DNA of 26,353 nucleotides from a virus. Taxonomy: Duplodnaviria > Caudoviricetes. Location of the stretch: IMG/VR virus record IMGVR_UViG_3300005805_000408, positions 1 through 26,353 of that record; one strand, 5' to 3'. Of this stretch, positions 7,127 through 14,439 are shown piece by piece (position 1 is the stretch's first letter; every line of letters begins with the position of its first letter). A program made the translations under genes and the position numbers. The notes under the pieces are model-generated. The model saw only the letters and a program-made list of their open reading frames with translations. It ran no database searches and had not been told where the DNA came from.

Positions 7127-8646
7127 ATCTTTTTTCCTCGAGCAAAAGCAATATTCATCTGCTGGATTTTGTTGTACACATGCCGGCTGATCTCCACTGT
7201 AGGCGCTTTGGAAAAGGCCCACTTGGTCTCCTGGCCAGTGATCTGCTTAAACAGGTGCCAGGCCCGCCCGGACTGCTTCTCAGGCTTGCTGTGAAACCGT
7301 GCGTATGAACACACTTGATGCCATAAATGTTCGGCGTTATCGGCCAGCTTTTTCTTGTTCTTGCCCTCTCCGATGTAGATCTCCTGCATGTCGCCAGGCA
7401 GCGCCTCCTTGCGAGGAGCCTGCATCTTTTCATGCCCACAGGCCATGCACCGTTTGTGGAAAGGCGTATACCCGCATTTGGGACATCCATGAACCTCAAC
7501 GTCCTCGTCTTTGCGGATTTTCTTGTCCAGCTTGTCGCCGGCATCCAAGGCATCCAGGCCATTGAAAAAAACATCAGTGAAGTCTTCAGCAAATCGGATG
7601 ATGTTGCCGCTGAAGTCCAGCAAATAGCAGTCTTTCTTCCCGGTGTCCGGCGACGACCGCAGGCCCCGACCCCACATCTGGATAGCCGTGCTCAGTGACT
7701 TTCGCAGTGGCCGGGCATCGCAGACACAGCCCACATCAGGCACATCAAAACCCTTGGCAAGGGCTTCGACGCTAATTAGCACCCTCAATTGGCTGTCCGG
7801 CTTGCGGTACTCGTCGAGCAAAAGCTCGCGCTCTCTAGCGGTGGTTTCAGAGGTGAAGACCGCGGCCATCACGCCTTGATTGATGAACTGCTTGGCGATC
7901 TCCTCACAGTGCTTGATGGTGGCCCCGAACACAATGGTCTTGCGGTTATCACCAAACTTCATCCACTCTGTGACCACATCACCAATGATCGCCATACCGC
8001 GCTCTTCCGCGGCCTTGTCAGTCCACTCGCCGCCTGCAGTTGCTGCGCCCTGCATGTCCGGCTTGGTGCAGGAAAAAATCCGCATCGGCACCAACACGCC
8101 TGACTCGGTCAGATCGTGCATGGTGGTGGCATTGATCAGATTGGTGAAAATCTTGCCAAGGCCAGCGCTGAAGGGAGTAGCCGACAGACCGATCACCGCA
8201 GCGCCGCTATCCATGGCGTACTCAGTCCACACCTTCATCTGGGTGTGGCACTCATCGACCACCAGCACATCCAGCTTGGGCCAGAACCCGCGTTTAGCAA
8301 TCGTCTGAGCAGAGGCAATCTGCAGCAACTCATCTGGCCGGCGGCGGTGGTGATTTGCTTGAATCACACCATGGTTGTTCAACCCGTACCCATCTGCGAC
8401 TGCAGAAGTCTGGTTAATCAGCGTAGTGCGGTCGCACAGGAATACTGCTCGCTTTCCCTTTTGCATCGCTTCATTGCAGATGCGAAGGCCAAGGTAAGTC
8501 TTTCCCGCCCCCGTGGGGGCCATGATGATCTGATTCTTGTGGCCCTGACGAAACCCCTGTCTCAGGGCTTCGTGGGCATCAATTTGGAATTTTCGGGGTG
8601 CTGGGAATCCATCATCACGCTCAAGTGGCGCTAGGGCTTGGTTCAT
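7123..8646 (-). CDS. superfamily 2 DExH helicase with C-terminal Zn ribbon
   Basis: APTGAGKT (Walker A), VDECH, GLSATP, KGFDVPDV, QMWGRGLR, CPKC...CMAC. Confidence 0.95.
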   Translation of the reverse strand: MNQALAPLERDDGFPAPRKFQIDAHEALRQGFRQGHKNQIIMAPTGAGKTYLGLRICNEAMQKGKRAVFLCDRTTLINQTSAVADGYGLNNHGVIQANHHRRRPDELLQIASAQTIAKRGFWPKLDVLVVDECHTQMKVWTEYAMDSGAAVIGLSATPFSAGLGKIFTNLINATTMHDLTESGVLVPMRIFSCTKPDMQGAATAGGEWTDKAAEERGMAIIGDVVTEWMKFGDNRKTIVFGATIKHCEEIAKQFINQGVMAAVFTSETTARERELLLDEYRKPDSQLRVLISVEALAKGFDVPDVGCVCDARPLRKSLSTAIQMWGRGLRSSPDTGKKDCYLLDFSGNIIRFAEDFTDVFFNGLDALDAGDKLDKKIRKDEDVEVHGCPKCGYTPFHKRCMACGHEKMQAPRKEALPGDMQEIYIGEGKNKKKLADNAEHLWHQVCSYARFHSKPEKQSGRAWHLFKQITGQETKWAFSKAPTVEISRHVYNKIQQMNIAFARGKKI

Positions 8647-9452
8647 TTTTTCGCTTTCAATTTGTCAAGTTGGGCCTGGGCACGTTTTGCATCCTTAATC
8701 GCCTCGTTCTTTTCGACCATCAAAGCATCAATGCGGATCTTCAATTGAGCATTGAGGTGGTTCAGGCGCTTGATTTCTTCATGGGCTGTGGCCAGAGCAT
8801 CATCGGCATCAAGCAGCTTGTGCATAGCCTCCACATCAGCTTGGTGCGCCAGTTCATTGGCCTTCAACTCGTCGTCATCAGGGGTAGATCCATCCTGCGG
8901 ATTTGGCTCACTACTAATCTGATTAGTATTCGCAGGGGCCTGATCCTCGGATTTACTAATCTGATTAGTATCCTTGGCCTTCTTGGATGCTGATTTTTGC
9001 CGGTTTTCGTCTTGTCGTTTCTTAGCCTCAGGGTCGCGCACGGATGCGACAAATGGCTGACTGACTTTACAGATTTTGGCGATCTCGTAGTTGCTCAGGC
9101 CTTCATTTAATGGATTAGCAATCGCGCTCAGAACAGCCTTGCGCTTGTCTGCGTTAGACCTGGGCAGTCCATGCTTGTCATTGGCCCCACAGGCATAGTT
9201 CCTAGCCTCTTCCAGCGTACCGGGCTTGTAGTCAATCTCAATGTCCTTGACCCCCATCAACTTGTATGCATGGTAGCGATGGAATCCATCAACCAGCCAG
9301 TACGTTGAGCCATCAAAGTAGGTGGCCATCTTGGGGAAGATGTCACCGTTTTTCATGTCATCGACGTAGCGGTAAACAGTAGATTGATCAATCACCTCAC
9401 GCATCTGCGTATCGCCATCAATGCGAATTGAATCTAACTTGATTTTCTTCAT
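8643..9452 (-). CDS. ParB/Srx N-terminal domain protein with HTH and C-terminal coiled coil
   Basis: TQMR, WLVDGFHRYHAY (ParB GxxR motif), NDKHGLP, SNYEIAKICKVSQPFVASVR (HTH), low-complexity linker, coiled-coil tail. Confidence 0.85.
   Translation of the reverse strand: MKKIKLDSIRIDGDTQMREVIDQSTVYRYVDDMKNGDIFPKMATYFDGSTYWLVDGFHRYHAYKLMGVKDIEIDYKPGTLEEARNYACGANDKHGLPRSNADKRKAVLSAIANPLNEGLSNYEIAKICKVSQPFVASVRDPEAKKRQDENRQKSASKKAKDTNQISKSEDQAPANTNQISSEPNPQDGSTPDDDELKANELAHQADVEAMHKLLDADDALATAHEEIKRLNHLNAQLKIRIDALMVEKNEAIKDAKRAQAQLDKLKAKK
8912..8970. repeat. two identical perfect 17-bp palindromes TACTAATC-T-GATTAGTA (8912-8928, 8954-8970)
   Basis: Read directly; 42 bp start to start; encode TNQIS twice. 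Confidence 0.9.
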
Positions 9453-9486
9453 CTAACATCTCCTTTGTTAAAAACACAACAGCGTG

Positions 9487-9693
9487 TTACTTGTCGCCAA
9501 AGATATCGGGTCGCAGTTCTTTGGCTGGTACGAGGCCCTGTGTGGCCTTCTCAATCTTCTTTGCTAGTACCGCTGATGGCCTTCTGGACTTGCTGATCAG
9601 CAGTCCCAGCCATGTCTGGGTGATCCCTAGGTACTCTGCCATTTCTTTCTTCGCTCCATACGGTTCATCTTTGAAGTATTGTTTGAGGTTCAT
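9487..9693 (-). CDS. Cro/YdaS-like helix-turn-helix regulator
   Basis: 68 aa; MAEYLGITQTWL..L HTH; AKKIEKATQG.V..ELRPDIF C-terminal signature. Confidence 0.85.
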   Translation of the reverse strand: MNLKQYFKDEPYGAKKEMAEYLGITQTWLGLLISKSRRPSAVLAKKIEKATQGLVPAKELRPDIFGDK

Positions 9694-9712
9694 TGCACTC
9701 CTTTCTTAGGGC

Positions 9713-9782
9713 GGCCTACTCGCTGCGTCTGGTGGCGTGTCCGCTAACCCTGCATCCAGAGCACCAGCATCCGCTTTCGGCC
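9713..9782 (-). ncRNA. structured leader RNA with loop-E (GAA/AGUA) motif
   Basis: GGCC-GAAA-GC..UGC-UGGUG...CACCA..GCA-GC-GAGUA-GGCC irregular hairpin between the predicted TSS and the RBS of the Cro-like gene. Confidence 0.55.
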
Positions 9783-9790
9783 TTGACGCA

Positions 9791-9822
9791 ATGCTACCAC
9801 ACTTCTAATTCCATGTTATAGT
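9791..9822. promoter_or_regulatory. divergent extended -10 promoters sharing the palindrome TCTAAT-TCCAT-GTTATA (9804-9820)
   Basis: Plus strand TGT-TATAGT (9814-9822); minus strand TGG-TAGCAT (9791-9799); located where gene orientation switches. Confidence 0.6.
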
Positions 9823-9880
9823 CTTCTCACGGCCATGTGGTCGGGTTCGTGTCCTACGGGACGTTTTACAGGAGAAGACC

Positions 9881-10519
9881 GTGAGTTTTTACGTTGAAGA
9901 CAAGGGTGGCAATTTTGAGCGCTGCCCCTCTGGTATGCATCTGGCCCGATGCTACCGGATCGTCGATCTGGGCACCCAAAAGTCAGAGTACATGGGGCAG
10001 GTCAAGTACCTGCACAAGCTCATGATCGGCTGGGAAATCCATGGCACTGACGACAAGGGCAATCCCTTGAAGATGATGGACGGTCGCCCGTTTGCGATCT
10101 TCAAGAACTACACCCTCTCATGGTCTGAGAAGGCCAATCTGCGGCTTGATCTACAGTCCTGGCGCGGCAAACCCTTTACGCAGGAAGAGATGCGCCGGTT
10201 CGATCTGAAGAATGTGCTTGGTGCTTGGTGCATGATCAATGTGATTGAACGCGCCGGCCAGGATGGCAAGATGTACACCAATGTCAATGGTGTCACTCCA
10301 GTGCCTGCCATCATCAAGCAAAACGGTCTGCCCGCAGCCGTCAACAAGAACGAGTTGTTCAACATCTCTGAGCCAGACATGGCGATGTTCAACTCCTTCA
10401 GCGACCACCTCAAGAAAAAGATTGAGGCATCACCCGAGTGGCAAAAACGCACTCAATCTGAGCCAGCATCACAAGAGCCCGAGTACCTGGGCGAGCCGGC
10501 AGATGACATCCCTTTCTGA
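9881..10519 (+). CDS. SSB-like phage replication protein (NGO0469-like family)
   Basis: AGGAG RBS with GTG start; G.HLARCYRIVDLGTQ motif; acidic tail ending DDIPF as in SSBs. Confidence 0.8.
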   Translation: MSFYVEDKGGNFERCPSGMHLARCYRIVDLGTQKSEYMGQVKYLHKLMIGWEIHGTDDKGNPLKMMDGRPFAIFKNYTLSWSEKANLRLDLQSWRGKPFTQEEMRRFDLKNVLGAWCMINVIERAGQDGKMYTNVNGVTPVPAIIKQNGLPAAVNKNELFNISEPDMAMFNSFSDHLKKKIEASPEWQKRTQSEPASQEPEYLGEPADDIPF

Positions 10520-10531
10520 CAGGAGACAAAA

Positions 10532-10690
10532 ATGGGAGCAATTGTTTTCTGGGGATGGCTAGTCCTAGCGTGGCTTACTCACGTTGTTGTGTGCATCAGC
10601 ACTAGCAAGTGGATGTTCCTGCTAGCCGGCGCGATCTTCTTTCCTATCGGCTGTGTCCATGGCACAGGTGTTTGGTTCGGTATTTTTTGA
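10532..10690 (+). CDS. 52-aa membrane protein (MGAIVFWGWLVLAWLTHVVVCI...HGTGVWFGIF)
   Basis: Manual translation; AGGAG RBS; fills the gap between genes; two hydrophobic segments. Confidence 0.7.
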   Translation: MGAIVFWGWLVLAWLTHVVVCISTSKWMFLLAGAIFFPIGCVHGTGVWFGIF

Positions 10691-10698
10691 GGTGAGAC

Positions 10699-10917
10699 AT
10701 GTTTATTTCCAACGCAGAAAAATCTTATATTGATGCTCGTATCAGCTATCTGGAGGGCAAAGTCCGTCATCAGGCTGAGTTAATTCTTGGCATCAACAAC
10801 ATCCTGAAAAAACTCAGTGTCAGCGATGCCATCAAAAAGGGCTGGACTCCCGAAGTTCGCGCTGCTCAATCAGCACGGATGAAGAAGGCCTGGGCTGATA
10901 AAAAGGCCAAGAAGTGA
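10699..10917 (+). CDS. small coiled-coil protein with basic NUMOD3-like C-terminal helix
   Basis: GAGGTG RBS; WTPEVRAAQSARMKKAWADKK. Confidence 0.75.
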   Translation: MFISNAEKSYIDARISYLEGKVRHQAELILGINNILKKLSVSDAIKKGWTPEVRAAQSARMKKAWADKKAKK

Positions 10918-11207
10918 TGGACGACTTCGACACCCTACCCAAGATGGCCGGCTGGCATGAGAGCAAATTGCTGGTTCCCACTAGCAAGCTGGCAGTCTCT
11001 TCCATCACGCCAAACCACATGTTTCATTTCCACAATGGTGAAAACACTGTGGGTACGCTGAACTTCAATGGCGCTGAACTGGTATTCAACGGCAACGCTG
11101 ACGAGAGCGCCAAGGTGTTCTTTGACTTTGTCGCCAAGTACTTTGATCAGCGCCTGAAGGATGAGTACACCAAAGGCTACAACGATGCAAAGAAGGAAAA
11201 CACATGA
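10914..11207 (+). CDS. hypothetical protein
   Basis: 97-aa ORF with overlapping start and stop on both sides. Confidence 0.7.
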   Translation: MMDDFDTLPKMAGWHESKLLVPTSKLAVSSITPNHMFHFHNGENTVGTLNFNGAELVFNGNADESAKVFFDFVAKYFDQRLKDEYTKGYNDAKKENT

Positions 11208-11986
11208 GTACCATCATTGCTCGAGCCGCGGAATCCGTTCACTGGTATCGCCAGGACGGAGGCCCGCAATACACCGTGAAGGCAAAGGATGGCTCAGACC
11301 GTCCTACGACCCTCAGGGACGCACGGAAGATGAATCTGGTGCCATCGGTCACCACCGTGCTCAAAATCGCCGCCAAGCCCGGTTTAGAGGCTTGGAAGCA
11401 GGAGCAGATGCTTCTTGCCGCCATGACCTTGCCGCGGCGCGATGGAGAGAACGAGCAAGCATTCATCGCCCGTGTTGTGGCCGACTCCAAAGAGACCGGC
11501 AAACGAGCGGCAGAGCGCGGCACTCGAGTCCATGAGTCGATTGAGCGCTGGTTTGGCGGTCAAAAGACTGTCGAGCACGTAGCAATTGCCAAATCTTTTG
11601 AAGAGGCAATCTTCACTCACTTCAAGACGCACCCAATGCAGCCCTGGCAGATTGAAAGATCCTTCTCATCAAATCTCGGATATGGAGGAAAGATCGACCT
11701 GTATTGCGAGCCCGATGAGAGCGCACCCACCGGCATCGTCCTGGACGCCAAGACCAAAGAATTTGGCCCCGAAGACGAGGTGGTGGCATATGACGAACAC
11801 CTGATGCAGCTTGCAGCCTACAGGCATGGCCTGGGGCTCAATCACGCCCGCTGCGCCAACGTATTCGCATCGGTCACCCACCAGGGCCTGGTCAAGGTCG
11901 TCGAATGGTCTGAAGCAGATCTAGTGCGGGGCTGGGAGATGTTCCAGTGCCTGTTAAACTATTGGAGGTTAAAACATTCATTCTGA
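11204..11986 (+). CDS. PD-(D/E)XK exonuclease (RecB/Cas4-like)
   Basis: PSVTTVL, RGTRVH, E, YGGKIDL, LDAKT, QLAAY motifs. Confidence 0.85.
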   Translation: MSTIIARAAESVHWYRQDGGPQYTVKAKDGSDRPTTLRDARKMNLVPSVTTVLKIAAKPGLEAWKQEQMLLAAMTLPRRDGENEQAFIARVVADSKETGKRAAERGTRVHESIERWFGGQKTVEHVAIAKSFEEAIFTHFKTHPMQPWQIERSFSSNLGYGGKIDLYCEPDESAPTGIVLDAKTKEFGPEDEVVAYDEHLMQLAAYRHGLGLNHARCANVFASVTHQGLVKVVEWSEADLVRGWEMFQCLLNYWRLKHSF

Positions 11987-11993
11987 GGTGATC

Positions 11994-12578
11994 ATGCCGC
12001 GCACACGATTTTGTGATCTTGAAGGCCAAAAATTTGGAAGGCTTATTGTTCTTGGAAGAGCCTCAGAAGAAAAAAAAGGGCCTGTAATGTGGAGAGTTGT
12101 ATGCGATTGCGGAACAGAAAAATTGGTTGCATCAACGAACTTGGTAAATGGATCAACAAAATCTTGTGGTTGCTTTAGAAAAGAAAGCACATCAAAAAAA
12201 TTCAAGACACATGGATTACACGGATCGCCAACTTGGTATTCATGGACTTCTATGAAGACAAGATGCAAAAACCCAAAAGCAACTCAGTATGAACTTTACG
12301 GCGGAAGAGGAATTCAAGTCTGTGAACGATGGGAAAAATTTGAAAATTTTCTTGAGGACATGGGTGAGAGACCACCTGGAAAGTCGCTTGATCGTATTGA
12401 TGCGAATGGAAATTATGAGCTTTCAAATTGCAGATGGGCAACAAAAAAAGAACAAGGTCAAAACAAACGCAAGACCAGGATGGTTAACAAAGACAGTCTG
12501 ATGAAATTCCTGAAAACGCAAGAATATTTGATGGAATCTCAAAGAGAAAAAATCATCAACAATTTTTTTAACTTTTGA
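11994..12578 (+). CDS. free-standing HNH homing endonuclease
   Basis: GQKFGRL.V, CDCG, TKSCGC, SMKTRC, YGGRGIQVCERW, SLDRIDANGNY..SNCRWAT..EQ..N; visibly AT-richer than its flanks; alternative GTG start at 11988. Confidence 0.85.
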   Translation: MPRTRFCDLEGQKFGRLIVLGRASEEKKGPVMWRVVCDCGTEKLVASTNLVNGSTKSCGCFRKESTSKKFKTHGLHGSPTWYSWTSMKTRCKNPKATQYELYGGRGIQVCERWEKFENFLEDMGERPPGKSLDRIDANGNYELSNCRWATKKEQGQNKRKTRMVNKDSLMKFLKTQEYLMESQREKIINNFFNF

Positions 12579-12588
12579 AAGGATTACT

Positions 12589-12807
12589 ATGCTCACGAAA
12601 GAAGAAATCACCCAGGTGTTCATGAACACTCCTCTTGAAGAAAACTACAACTTTCTGCAAGAGGATCTGGTCAAGCTCGCCAATGCATTTGTGACCTGCG
12701 CTGAGCCGGCTATTGCTCGCAAAGAGCGGGCAGAGTGCCTCAAGTTCGTTCGCAGTCTAAACACCCATGTGGCTAAGGCGCTGGACGACTACAGGGGAAA
12801 GTTGTGA
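12589..12807 (+). CDS. hypothetical protein
   Basis: AAGGA RBS; 72-aa ORF. Confidence 0.75.
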   Translation: MLTKEEITQVFMNTPLEENYNFLQEDLVKLANAFVTCAEPAIARKERAECLKFVRSLNTHVAKALDDYRGKL

Positions 12808-12869
12808 TCTGGGCAGCGTTTATCTTGGGAATCAAGATAGCAATCGTGCTGTACATCTTTTCTCGTTAA
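12804..12869 (+). CDS. possible 21-aa hydrophobic peptide (MIWAAFILGIKIAIVLYIFSR)
   Basis: GTGA overlap, AGGGG upstream, ends just before the terminator; very short. Confidence 0.35.
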   Translation: MIWAAFILGIKIAIVLYIFSR

Positions 12870-12900
12870 AAAAAGGGCCCCCCCAACAAAGAGGGGGCCC
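12868..12900 (-). terminator. intrinsic terminator of the virion operon at the convergence point
   Basis: GGGCCCCC stem with a T7 tail on the minus strand. Confidence 0.8.
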
Positions 12901-12949
12901 GAACATGGGCAACTGCATTGCCCTCATGCTGGGGAGACAACCAACATGA

Positions 12950-14431
12950 TCAAGGATTTCTGCGCGGCAATGCCCTAGGAGATATGAATGCTGGCCTAGA
13001 TGCCTCTGCATCACTCATAACGGGTATTGCAGCATCCAAAGCAGATTGGTTTTTCAATCTGTCTTGAAAAATGTCATAGGCCGACCACGCTGTTTCAGGA
13101 GCTTGCAATCCCAGCCCTAAGCCTTGAGCTACAGGAACAGGGATCATGGATGCCAAGCCGCCAACTGTAGCCAATCCTTTTGTGCCAAGACGAGCAATGT
13201 CCTTCAAATCAATTTTTTCTTTTGCTTGGTACTGCTTCATCAAGCGATCAGCCAATTTTGAAGCATCGTAAGCACTTAAAGCAGCGGTTGCACCGCCCAA
13301 GCCGCCAATACCAATTCTTAAAGCAGGATTTGCAACAGTAGAAATGCCTCGCCCTAAGTTTGAAGCAACATTTTGTGCGGCAGCGCGAGCATTGCTAATA
13401 GCAAATGGAGAAACATCTATCCCTGGTGTGCCAGGCACAGTACGATAAATCTGTTTTGCAACTCCAGTCTTGGGATCAATTGACGTTGTCTTAGGAACCC
13501 GCGTTGCTGGAGTTGGTGCAATAGTTCTGTATGCCTCTCCCAACTCCGTCATAGTGTTAATTTTTTTACCAACAAGTTCTTCTAGTTTTTCTAGAGGAAA
13601 ATTTACTTTTTTCCCCTCATGAGACAACATGCTATTGAGCCAACTTTGCAGACCAACTCTTGTTTCTTGAGCGGCTGCAGCAGCAGTTTCTGGTCTTAAA
13701 ACACCATAAATGCGAGCGGCAGTTTCTGCTCCTGCAGTAACACCAGTACCCAAAACGGCACCAACCATTGCCGCCGGATCTCTTAAAGCCTGATCAACTT
13801 TTTCTTGAGTTGTTTCTTTTTTCTCATTGCCTATGATCGTGCCAGGAGGCTGGTCTGGTATTACATCACCAACATTTGGAACAGCGATTGTTGAAGGCCC
13901 TTTTCCTGAAGAGCCAGTAAATGCAAGTTCATTAACTCCGGGCACAACAAGTCCCGCAACTGGAGCCGATGTTTCTTGCGCTTTGTCAGTAGACGAAAGT
14001 GGTCTAGGATTTGGCAAATTACCACCAAATATTGTGGCAATCCTGTCAATGTAATTCAATGTCTCAGTCGGCAAATCCTTAATGTCACCTGTTTTGAAAA
14101 ACGATGTATTAGGGCCTGCGTTGTACCCCATCAATACTTTGTAAGGGTCATTGCCAATGTTTTTGTTCTCAATCAATTTTTTGAGAAAACTAATCCCGCC
14201 TTGAATATTTTGATCAAGATCATTAGGATCAACATTTAGCCCTTTTGCAGTGCTCGGCATCAACTGCATTACACCCAATGCGCCTTTAGATGAAACAGCT
14301 TTAGGATTAAACCCACTTTCTGCCATCACCATAGGCAAAACAAAATCTGGGTTTATCCCCTGTCTCTCAGCCTCTTTCGCAACTTTTTCTGCAATATTCA
14401 GTTGGTCACGACTAAGTTTTGTCAAATCCAT
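12950..14431 (-). CDS. internal virion protein with N-terminal lytic transglycosylase (SLT) domain
   Basis: AESGFNPKAVSSKGALGVMQLMPSTA, NIQGG, YNAGP, ET.NY motifs. Confidence 0.9.
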   Translation of the reverse strand: MDLTKLSRDQLNIAEKVAKEAERQGINPDFVLPMVMAESGFNPKAVSSKGALGVMQLMPSTAKGLNVDPNDLDQNIQGGISFLKKLIENKNIGNDPYKVLMGYNAGPNTSFFKTGDIKDLPTETLNYIDRIATIFGGNLPNPRPLSSTDKAQETSAPVAGLVVPGVNELAFTGSSGKGPSTIAVPNVGDVIPDQPPGTIIGNEKKETTQEKVDQALRDPAAMVGAVLGTGVTAGAETAARIYGVLRPETAAAAAQETRVGLQSWLNSMLSHEGKKVNFPLEKLEELVGKKINTMTELGEAYRTIAPTPATRVPKTTSIDPKTGVAKQIYRTVPGTPGIDVSPFAISNARAAAQNVASNLGRGISTVANPALRIGIGGLGGATAALSAYDASKLADRLMKQYQAKEKIDLKDIARLGTKGLATVGGLASMIPVPVAQGLGLGLQAPETAWSAYDIFQDRLKNQSALDAAIPVMSDAEASRPAFISPRALPRRNP

Positions 14432-14439
14432 GAATTACC

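Noticed and set aside
8912-8970. Palindromic repeats with a 25-bp spacer considered as a mini CRISPR array
   Set aside because: Only two adjacent 17-bp copies, in frame within a gene, with no cas operon; the Cas4-like nuclease is an ordinary phage exonuclease.
12901-12949. Extra hairpin GGGCAA-CTGCA-TTGCCC in the 3' UTR before the terminator
   Set aside because: A real inverted repeat, but too short to call a distinct RNA without homologues.
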